IMG/VR virus record: IMGVR_UViG_3300032246_000211
Span: 1-25,913 of that record
Reading direction: 5' to 3' (one strand)
Origin: a virus
Lineage: Duplodnaviria; Caudoviricetes
Length of the DNA stretch: 25,913 nucleotides
The notes below the pieces were generated by a model. It saw only the letters and a program-made list of their open reading frames with translations. It was not told the DNA's origin and ran no database searches. The translations under genes were made by a program, and so were the position numbers. This document shows positions 1 to 7,719 of this stretch, one piece after another. The first letter of the stretch is position 1; each line of letters opens with the position of its first letter.

Positions 1-2
1 CC

Positions 3-3000
3 GCCATTGACAAAGTTTTCTTCAATACGGAACAGTGGTACGTAATGCTTATAGGTTTCATTCCAAGCATCAATAGTGTCTTGGCTATCAGCACCTGAAT
101 CAACAAGGATCTTTTGTGTGCCAGTTACCATGTCATCAAACATCTTGGCAACGGTTTCTAAAGATTGTTTTTTAGCTGGATCAAGATTCTTTAAAAATGC
201 TTGGGCATCAGCGGTAGACATGCCAGAAGCACGATCTTGCAATTCCCAAGGAGTAGTACGTTCTTTTCCTGTGCGTGGATCAAGCTTGTTAAGCTCATTC
301 ATCTTGTTGTTACGCTCTTCAGCGTGACGCGCAAGCAGGTAGTCTTGCATTTCTTGTGGCTTAAGATTGAGTGCTTTTAACTTTTTAATAGCTGGCAACA
401 ACTCATTAAGTAGGTACTCACGAATAGCTGTGGCTACTTTGCCATGGAAAAGCTGTTCTTTTTCATAGACATTAATATCGTCAGTAATCTGTCCAGCTGC
501 TTTAGAGATGGCCTCTTGTGCGCGCTTAGTATCAATTTGCTTGTCTTGGAACTTATAAATTAAGTTATTGACAGATACATCTGCTACGCCAGGGACGCGG
601 ATAAATGAGTCCTCTGGAAACTCCCAAGTAGGCTTGACTGGCTTACCTAAATAGTTACGCGCCTCTGTTGGTGGCTTTTCTTTAGATGGCTCTTCTACCA
701 CTTCTTCGTATCTAATGTCAGGATTTTCAGAGCTATATTCACCTGTATTACCTATAGCTGATTTAATTTGAGTTTGTTTAAATGGTCTATAAGCATCATA
801 TCCACTATCATTACCAAGAGTTTTTAAATTCTCTTTTCCCATTAATTCCATTGCAGAATAGGAAATGGCATCACGAACAATAAAACCATCTGCACGAGGG
901 TTGTATTCTTTTACATATTTAACAATAGTTGGAGAATCTGGTAATGCAAACGCATCAACCCGTAAATCTTCTAATATATCAAAAGCTAAAGCACCAAGGG
1001 TTTCTACATCTAAATTTTGTTCAATTGCATTGTTTAATTTATTAAAAGCTTCGTTAACATATTCATAATCACCGCTATAGCTTGAAGATTCAAAACCAGT
1101 CCTGTCTTGTAAATCATCAAGATCTTTTAAAATATTTAATGCAACATCTGGAGATTCATCTAATCCAGTGATTCCAGCTGCTTCAAGCAAATCAATTAAA
1201 GGTTTTGGTTCGTTTCCAAATTCCCGCAAATCTATTGGGCTTTTCATTGATATGTATACAGGTGCTATATGAGAGCCTTCTGTATATTGATTTTTTGATT
1301 TTGCATAAGAATAAACAGATGCAACAAACTTATTATCTGTAAAAGATGGCGTTGCTCTTGTTGCTAAATCTGTTGATTCTGGACCAGCATCTCTTCTTTG
1401 GCCCCTATAAACAACTAATGGATTACCATTCTCATCAACAACTTTAGAGTCACCAAACCATTTCTTAAACTGAGGTGTATCAGTTTTTAATGCTGGCTCT
1501 TCTTCAGCACGAAGAGTAGATCTCTTTTCTTTACCTTTTTTCGTTTCCTGTTCGATGGCAAAATTTCTACCTTGTGGAAGCACTTTTTGATAAATAATGT
1601 CATCTAAATCTTTGCTTCCATCTGCATTTCTTTCGGTGGAAACGCCAGCAGCTTTTAATCTTTTTTCAATTCCATCTACAATTTTTGTTAACGCAGCATC
1701 AGCACGTCCGCCCATAGTGCTTGGTCCAAGTATGGTATATCCACCATAACCATCATTTACCAAGGCGCCATTTTTAATTAATCCATTTGCATATCGTTTT
1801 ATGCCGTCAGCAATGATGCTTTCTACAGTAACTTGTTCTTCCTTCATTGTTGGGAAGTCAAAGCCTTCAGTCTGGGCAAGCCTCTTCATATCTGCTGGAG
1901 TCTGAGCAAAGATCTTTTCAGAGACAATCATTATGCGATCAAGCGCTGATTGATATTCTGGGTTCAAGCCTAAAACTTTGCGGAAGATTTCCATTAACTT
2001 AGTTAATGCTGTCTTCTTACCCATCTTAATGCCCGATAAGTAGGTCTGAACATTTTTCTCTGTTAAAGCTCTTACAAACAACTCATGGATATCTTTTAAA
2101 ATTGAACCCTTGTAGTTAGGTCCAACTTCGTTAATAAGAGGATGCCATTGGTCTCTAGGTAAGTTCTTTCTGTCTTGCTCAATCTGGGATTTAACTGCTC
2201 TGTATATTGAACGCAGCTCGTTATTAATAACCTTTTCTGGGCCTTTAAAGTTACGCTTAATCAGTGCATCTAACTGGACTTGACTAATAACATGTAACAA
2301 CTCGTGCATGAGGGTGCTGTAACGTGTGCCAGTAGGTGTGCGAGAAACTGGCATACCAGCAAGAGCATCTTTTGAGCCAGATAATGTTTCGGCTTCGCCA
2401 TTAGCGTTCAGTCCGTTATATTGAACTCTAAAATAACTAATCTTTCTATTCGCGCTGACTGGTAAAGAAGATCCGTACCAAGCATGTCTTTTTGCGCCTT
2501 TAAGAACTTCTATTTTTACAGGAACGCCAGAGTCTTCAATAGCTTTGATGTTAAATAAAACGCGGTCAGCAATAGCTTTAGCTGCAGCGTTTGGTGCTGT
2601 ATCTACCAGATACTGAGCAAGTTGGGATCCTTCAGTCATGCCATCAATGTCTTTGGCAATCTGATCCATTGGCCTCTTAGACTGAAATTGCGCTGGCTCT
2701 TCTTGATTTTCAGTTGGTCTAGTTGCCTTTTCTGCTTCAAATAGATCAGGCTCAGTCTTCTTAGCAAATGACTCTTTAATCAACTGATCTACTGGGCGCT
2801 TTGGCACTTCACCAAACATATCTGCGCCTTCTTTGCTGCCTTCGTTGTAGGCATTGTCAAATAGGTTAGATAGGTTCTCACCAATAGCCTTCGCTGAACG
2901 GGGATTGTCAGCAAACATTTGGACAATCTGATTAGCCATTGGGTTGGTTGTCATATCAACTTGCTTGGCTGCATCAGAAAGACTGAGGTTATTTCTTCTG

Positions 3001-5150
3001 GCGTTAATAGCCATCTCAACTGCTTCATTTACTAGTGGGCGTACATCGTAATCACCAGCTTCACCTAAGCGAATTGCCTTAGATGCTGCCATGTTAAGGG
3101 CGCGAACAATGTTCCGAGCCTCTTCGTCCTGCGCTTGGAAAGCTAACTCTGTGAGTTTGTCGTTACCATAAGCCTGTTGGAAGATGGCTGCATCAACGCG
3201 CTCTACCGCTTGCTTGGTAGGATTACCTTGCTTATCCATCAAGTTGCCCTGCTCTGTAGTAGGCATGGCTTTAATGAAATCTTTGATAGTCTGCTGGCTT
3301 ACATCACCAGAGTCGGTAAAGCTAACAGTAGCAAGGTCAACGCGGTTGGTATCGTTCTTGGCTTGCTCTACGATATTAAAGGACAGGCCAGCACCAGTAT
3401 TACTAACATCGCCAGTGTTCTTATTTACCTGATCCATAGGCATAACACGAACCAACATAGGGTTCTGCATACCTTCTATGACACCCTTATCTATGCCATG
3501 TAAATCATCGTTTATCAGAGCATTTCTGTAGTCTGTTGCTGTGCCTTGACTATAAGCAGCCTGTAATCCAGCTACGCGCCCGTTAGTAATCGCTCTAAAC
3601 GCTGGAACGCTTTCATCAACATAAGCTGCGTTCTTTGTACCATCAGCATTATGGGAAGGAATCACTTCACCAGCTTCAATAACACCATATTGAATTGGTA
3701 CTTTCTTACCATCCGCTCCAGTAACGGTATCCGTTCTACCTAACTGGGCTGGATTAATGTCTTTGCCAGCTACGATTGGAGCGCCTGTGCCATAGTCGCG
3801 AGACATGCTGACACGGCTATAGTCTGGCTCATTAGCAATCTTGGTCATCTGCGCAATAGAGGCAGGTGTAGATCTATCGCGGTTCTGAATACTTCCCCAT
3901 ATATTACTTAGTGGTTCTGGCGTTATTTCAGTTGGCGCTGGAGGAGTAGGCGGTGGCTCAATTGGCGGAACAGGAGAAACGGGAGGAACGGAAGGTGTCC
4001 CTTGGAACTCGTTAATCATCGCCTGAGTATCTTGAGATACAGATGGCGGAGCAGTCATTGGAGGTACTTCAGGTGGAACTTCAGGAGGTGTTACACCTGG
4101 AGGAGGTACTTCTGGTGGTACGCCTTTTTTTACAGGAGTTTGATAGGCTTGAATTCCTCGTGATACACCACCAATACCAGCACCAGCTGCAGCAGCGCCA
4201 AAGAAAGCTTCTTTGTACTCTCTATTAGCATCATCACCTGTCAGCTCTAAGCCAGCCTGATAACGCTCTGCAGCTTGCTCTAAGACCTCTAATGGAGCTT
4301 CTGCAATAATACCAACTGTAGCACCTCCAGCTGCGCGCTTACCCACTTTGGCCGCTACCTGACGAGCAGATAACTCTTTAAGGATTTCAGCGCCAGCTTT
4401 CTTGGTTGCAATCCCGCCCAATCCAGCGGTAAATCTGTCTGCAAAATAACCTAATGGAGCCGTTGCACCAGCAGTCAAAGCCGCTTTAGTAAGGTCTAAT
4501 TCTCTAGGATCATTCTTTTCTACTGCTTGACGGGTAAGGAAGTTACCAAACTGTTGAATACCGTAGGTTCCAATACCAACTAAAGGGGCAACAACAGGAG
4601 CAAATGGGCCTGACATAGCACCAGCTGCAGCGCCAGCAGCCAATGGCACGGCCATCTGTGGGGCAGAAGCTAGAATTGATTCAGAAATATAACTAGGAAC
4701 CTGACCAATTGCAGCGCCTAATCCTTTTTCTTTGTAGATACGCTCAATATCAGCAGCACTTAAACCTGGGGTCTGTTGTGGTTTTGCTTGTTCGCGTTTA
4801 ATTTCCCGCATTTTGGCTGCGGTTTCTGCATCTGTACCAGCAATGGCAGTGCCAGCTAAACTAAGTCCACCACCTACGTCTTCTAAAGATTCAAAACCAC
4901 GCTTGGCAGCAGCAATATTACGCTCAATAACGCCTACATCTTCTGGTCTACGTACTCCAGAGGTAGGCTGTTTTGCCACATCGTATCTGCCAAGTTCATC
5001 TGGAACTGCGCCAGTAATATTTCCAGCAGATGGGGCGGATGGAGTTGGTGGTGCATATGCCTTATACCTTGCTAAAAGGTCAGCTTGAGTAATATTATCT
5101 GGGACACCACTGATGATGGTCCCATCTGGCATTTGCACATCTATTGGCAT
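3..5150 (-). CDS. Giant polyvalent internal virion/ejection protein, 3'-truncated by the window edge (>1716 aa): hydrophobic Gly/Ala N-terminus, Pro-rich linker, DdrB-like ParB domain, HExxH metallopeptidase, ART-PolyVal-like domain, LPD38-associated-like region
   Basis: Not in the ORF track (no stop inside the window). ATG at 5150, 2 nt after the stop of the 712-aa gene; translates MPIDVQMPDGTIISGVPDNITQADLL... and is still in the same frame at the left edge (...YKHYVPLFRIEENFVNG). Motifs read by hand: QNRDRS..GAPIV..NGR..PMLVRV, STLMHELLHV, FKKWFGDSKVVDENGNPLVVYRG..QIKSAIGNTGEYSSENPDIRY, LARHAEERN..YVPL. Confidence 0.9.
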   Translation of the reverse strand, partial: MPIDVQMPDGTIISGVPDNITQADLLARYKAYAPPTPSAPSAGNITGAVPDELGRYDVAKQPTSGVRRPEDVGVIERNIAAAKRGFESLEDVGGGLSLAGTAIAGTDAETAAKMREIKREQAKPQQTPGLSAADIERIYKEKGLGAAIGQVPSYISESILASAPQMAVPLAAGAAAGAMSGPFAPVVAPLVGIGTYGIQQFGNFLTRQAVEKNDPRELDLTKAALTAGATAPLGYFADRFTAGLGGIATKKAGAEILKELSARQVAAKVGKRAAGGATVGIIAEAPLEVLEQAAERYQAGLELTGDDANREYKEAFFGAAAAGAGIGGVSRGIQAYQTPVKKGVPPEVPPPGVTPPEVPPEVPPMTAPPSVSQDTQAMINEFQGTPSVPPVSPVPPIEPPPTPPAPTEITPEPLSNIWGSIQNRDRSTPASIAQMTKIANEPDYSRVSMSRDYGTGAPIVAGKDINPAQLGRTDTVTGADGKKVPIQYGVIEAGEVIPSHNADGTKNAAYVDESVPAFRAITNGRVAGLQAAYSQGTATDYRNALINDDLHGIDKGVIEGMQNPMLVRVMPMDQVNKNTGDVSNTGAGLSFNIVEQAKNDTNRVDLATVSFTDSGDVSQQTIKDFIKAMPTTEQGNLMDKQGNPTKQAVERVDAAIFQQAYGNDKLTELAFQAQDEEARNIVRALNMAASKAIRLGEAGDYDVRPLVNEAVEMAINARRNNLSLSDAAKQVDMTTNPMANQIVQMFADNPRSAKAIGENLSNLFDNAYNEGSKEGADMFGEVPKRPVDQLIKESFAKKTEPDLFEAEKATRPTENQEEPAQFQSKRPMDQIAKDIDGMTEGSQLAQYLVDTAPNAAAKAIADRVLFNIKAIEDSGVPVKIEVLKGAKRHAWYGSSLPVSANRKISYFRVQYNGLNANGEAETLSGSKDALAGMPVSRTPTGTRYSTLMHELLHVISQVQLDALIKRNFKGPEKVINNELRSIYRAVKSQIEQDRKNLPRDQWHPLINEVGPNYKGSILKDIHELFVRALTEKNVQTYLSGIKMGKKTALTKLMEIFRKVLGLNPEYQSALDRIMIVSEKIFAQTPADMKRLAQTEGFDFPTMKEEQVTVESIIADGIKRYANGLIKNGALVNDGYGGYTILGPSTMGGRADAALTKIVDGIEKRLKAAGVSTERNADGSKDLDDIIYQKVLPQGRNFAIEQETKKGKEKRSTLRAEEEPALKTDTPQFKKWFGDSKVVDENGNPLVVYRGQRRDAGPESTDLATRATPSFTDNKFVASVYSYAKSKNQYTEGSHIAPVYISMKSPIDLREFGNEPKPLIDLLEAAGITGLDESPDVALNILKDLDDLQDRTGFESSSYSGDYEYVNEAFNKLNNAIEQNLDVETLGALAFDILEDLRVDAFALPDSPTIVKYVKEYNPRADGFIVRDAISYSAMELMGKENLKTLGNDSGYDAYRPFKQTQIKSAIGNTGEYSSENPDIRYEEVVEEPSKEKPPTEARNYLGKPVKPTWEFPEDSFIRVPGVADVSVNNLIYKFQDKQIDTKRAQEAISKAAGQITDDINVYEKEQLFHGKVATAIREYLLNELLPAIKKLKALNLKPQEMQDYLLARHAEERNNKMNELNKLDPRTGKERTTPWELQDRASGMSTADAQAFLKNLDPAKKQSLETVAKMFDDMVTGTQKILVDSGADSQDTIDAWNETYKHYVPLFRIEENFVNG
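711..1482 (-). other. ADP-ribosyltransferase-like (ART-PolyVal type) domain within the giant protein
   Basis: Bounded by the characteristic TPQFKKWFGDSKVVDENGNPLVVYRG and PFKQTQIKSAIGNTGEYSSENPDIRY segments; internal PSFTDNKFVASVY and APVYISMKSP motifs. Confidence 0.75.
1950..2680 (-). other. Zincin-like metallopeptidase (MPTase-type) domain within the giant protein
   Basis: HELLH at 2306-2292, followed by DIHELFVRALTE (candidate third-ligand Glu) and a TKLMEIFRKVLGL helix typical of these domains. Boundaries are approximate. Confidence 0.7.
2780..3890 (-). other. DdrB-like ParB-superfamily domain and downstream DdrB-like helical region within the giant protein
   Basis: IQNRDRSTPASIAQMTKIA, GAPIV, QYGVIEA..IPSHNADG, AITNGRVAGLQAAY, GID..IEGMQNPMLVRV, AIFQQAYG, ADMFG. 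Confidence 0.7.
3915..4125 (-). repeat. Pro-rich low-complexity linker (PPEVPP repeats) in the giant protein
   Basis: GVPPEVPPPGVTPPEVPPEVPPMTAPP...PSVPPVSPVPPIEPPPTPPAP. Confidence 0.8.
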
Positions 5151-5152
5151 AA

Positions 5153-7291
5153 CTAGCCCTTAGCTGGAAGTTGACTAAACGGTACAACCTTATTTTTAGG
5201 AGTTTCAGAATCACCGCCAAAAATTCTACTAAAGAATCCTGGCTCTTTTTTCTCTTCTGGGAATTGTACCGCAGTTGGTGCAACAAATGGACGCTTGATG
5301 CCAACTTGCTCAAAATAAGAATTCTTAATTGAGTTAATGGCATCGTTATAAGCCTTGTACTTAGGATCGTTTGGCTCATACATATCGCGTTGTTTAATCA
5401 AGGCGGGAATCTGATCGTCCTGATTAATCAAAGCCTGAACCTTCAATAAAGCTTTTTCTTCAGATCCAGCACCCATTTGAGACGCATATAATTTTCTGTT
5501 ATACGCCTGGCCAAGAGAGGTTTGCAACGCATTTAGATTACTTACATCGCGACCATACTTGGCCTTCTCTTGCTCAACGCCCTGTGTAAGCAATAACTTA
5601 TTAAGCTGATTTTGTTGTTCACCGCGCTTGCCGTAAGCAGCTAAACCTTTTTCAGCACCATAAGCAAAGTTAGACAAAGGGTTTTGACGTAATGTTGGAT
5701 CTGGATTACCTTGCATTGCACCTAAACCAGCGTAAGTTAAAGCTTCATAAGGAGCCATTTCTTTACTGCTTGCTAATTCTTTTGCAATGTTTTCTTCTGC
5801 CGCTTTTGATTTTTCAAAAGCATTAGTATTTTCATACAGGTTTTTATATGCAGCAGCTTCTCTTTCTTCCATGTTTCTGATGCGCTCATCAAGAGCATCT
5901 GCAGGACTTGGTTTTTTAAGGTTTACTATACCTCTGTCAGCAAAAGCCACAATACCACCACCAGCCATTTCTTCTGGAACCATATCACCAGTGCCAATTG
6001 AGGCAATACCTGAACGACCTAATGCTGGAGCCATAATCTGATCTGCTTCAGGATTCATGGCTATTCTGCGTCTCATCATTAATTCTTTTTCAATTTCAGC
6101 AGCAAGAAATTGATCTGTTGATGGATTATTTAACATTTCTGTTAACTGTTGGGTAGTCATTGAGGAAACTTCACCTCCTCCTGCATACGCTAGACCGCCT
6201 TCTTTGTATGCGTTAGCAGACATTAGACCGCCATTTGCGTGTCCTTTTCCTACCATACCGCCTTCCGCCTTAAAGCCTCCAGACATACCGTAGATACCTA
6301 GAGCAGACATACCTAGACCGCCAAGCTGAGATACAGCGCTTGGAGGAGCAGAGTACATAGCTTGAGAAGTCTGGGATAAGGGTAAACCACGAGTCATGTC
6401 TGACATGAAAGCCAGCTGCTGGTACGGATAGTTCTTTTGCTTGAGGAAGTCCTGATAAGCAGTATCCAAGCCTTGTTGAGCTTGTGCCTGTTGGATTGCG
6501 CCAACTTGTTGCTGGGCTTGGTTGATGCCCATGTTTTGAGCATACTGAGTCTGACCTAACTGACCCAATGTTCCAGCTGCTTGGCCAGCTTGACCATAGC
6601 CTTGTAGCTGACCTTGAAGACCCTGTAAACCTAAGTTAGCACCAAATTGTTGAGCTTGTTGAGCATTTTGGAAAGCGTTCTGATAGCCAGAACCAATGGC
6701 TGCGTTCATAGCCATGTTCTTATTACGCTCATTCTCAGCTTGCATTAAGGCTTGACGATTACCACCGAAAGCGCCTTGACCTACAGATCTGGCTTTTTCT
6801 TGCTGTCCTGTAATACCGTACTGGCGTTGCATTTCCTGAAGCTGTGGCTGTAATGCGTTCTGGATGTAAGGTGACATATACGCTTGTTGAGCGTATGGAT
6901 TGGTAGCTTGATTAGCATATTGCTGACCAACTTGACCCATCTGACCAGCTGTTCCAATAGAACCTAACCCAGAAATACCAGCTAAACCACTAGCTTGCCC
7001 AATTTGAGGGGCTGCTTGCATATTTTGTACGTTTTGAAAGGCTTGTTGCTGGGCAGGATTAAAACCAGCAATACGCTCACCGCCATAGGTTTGGTAAGGA
7101 TTCTGATTAATGTCAGTTAAAGCCTCGGTCTTGCCAAGCATATTCTCGACATATGGACGAGCATATTCAGGAATAGACGTATTAGTAACTGTTTGTTGTG
7201 ATGGGGCTGATTGTCCACCGCCACCACCACCTTTGCCACCGCCTTGATAGGTGTGACCTAGTATTTTGTTTTTTCCAATTAGTATGCTCAT
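5153..7291 (-). CDS. Internal virion/ejection (DNA pilot-like) protein, 712 aa
   Basis: Short leader followed by GGGKGGGGGG; Gln/Gly/Ala-rich helical body (YMSPY, GAFGGNRQ, PYQQLAFMS motifs); lies between a GNAT gene and the giant protein, as P22 gp7 lies after gp14. Confidence 0.75.
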   Translation of the reverse strand: MSILIGKNKILGHTYQGGGKGGGGGGQSAPSQQTVTNTSIPEYARPYVENMLGKTEALTDINQNPYQTYGGERIAGFNPAQQQAFQNVQNMQAAPQIGQASGLAGISGLGSIGTAGQMGQVGQQYANQATNPYAQQAYMSPYIQNALQPQLQEMQRQYGITGQQEKARSVGQGAFGGNRQALMQAENERNKNMAMNAAIGSGYQNAFQNAQQAQQFGANLGLQGLQGQLQGYGQAGQAAGTLGQLGQTQYAQNMGINQAQQQVGAIQQAQAQQGLDTAYQDFLKQKNYPYQQLAFMSDMTRGLPLSQTSQAMYSAPPSAVSQLGGLGMSALGIYGMSGGFKAEGGMVGKGHANGGLMSANAYKEGGLAYAGGGEVSSMTTQQLTEMLNNPSTDQFLAAEIEKELMMRRRIAMNPEADQIMAPALGRSGIASIGTGDMVPEEMAGGGIVAFADRGIVNLKKPSPADALDERIRNMEEREAAAYKNLYENTNAFEKSKAAEENIAKELASSKEMAPYEALTYAGLGAMQGNPDPTLRQNPLSNFAYGAEKGLAAYGKRGEQQNQLNKLLLTQGVEQEKAKYGRDVSNLNALQTSLGQAYNRKLYASQMGAGSEEKALLKVQALINQDDQIPALIKQRDMYEPNDPKYKAYNDAINSIKNSYFEQVGIKRPFVAPTAVQFPEEKKEPGFFSRIFGGDSETPKNKVVPFSQLPAKG

Positions 7292-7719
7292 TTTTTACGT
7301 TCCTTAATCCAGCGGCAGTCAGCTTTATTCATCTCTAGTACACATAAATCACCACCGTCATCGTGCATACCTTCTAAACGCACGACCTCAGTAAATCCCA
7401 GTTTCTTGTCATAATTCATAGCCCTAGTATTTAGACTATTAACTATAGCAATGATCTTTTCTACACCTAAATAATTAAACGGGTAATCAAAAGCACCAAA
7501 TAACAATCCTTTTGGGGTATACGAATCTACTAAGTTTATAACGTGCATCTGGCAAGTTTTTCCTATAAAAGCCGTAAACCCTACTACCCATTCAATTTTA
7601 TTATCTTCTCCAGTCCAAAACAAGGCTTGCAAATCACCACAAGGCTGAACGCCAACATGTTCAAGCAATATTTCTGCTGCTTTTTGCTTGGCTTCAAATG
7701 ATTGCGCGCTCTGTAACAT
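7288..7719 (-). CDS. GNAT-family acetyltransferase-like virion assembly protein (P22 gp14/DUF2824-like position)
   Basis: CQMHV strand, FDYPFNYLGVEKIIAIV, NTRAMNYDKKLGF (GNAT motif B); ATGA overlap with the downstream gene. Confidence 0.8.
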   Translation of the reverse strand: MLQSAQSFEAKQKAAEILLEHVGVQPCGDLQALFWTGEDNKIEWVVGFTAFIGKTCQMHVINLVDSYTPKGLLFGAFDYPFNYLGVEKIIAIVNSLNTRAMNYDKKLGFTEVVRLEGMHDDGGDLCVLEMNKADCRWIKERKK

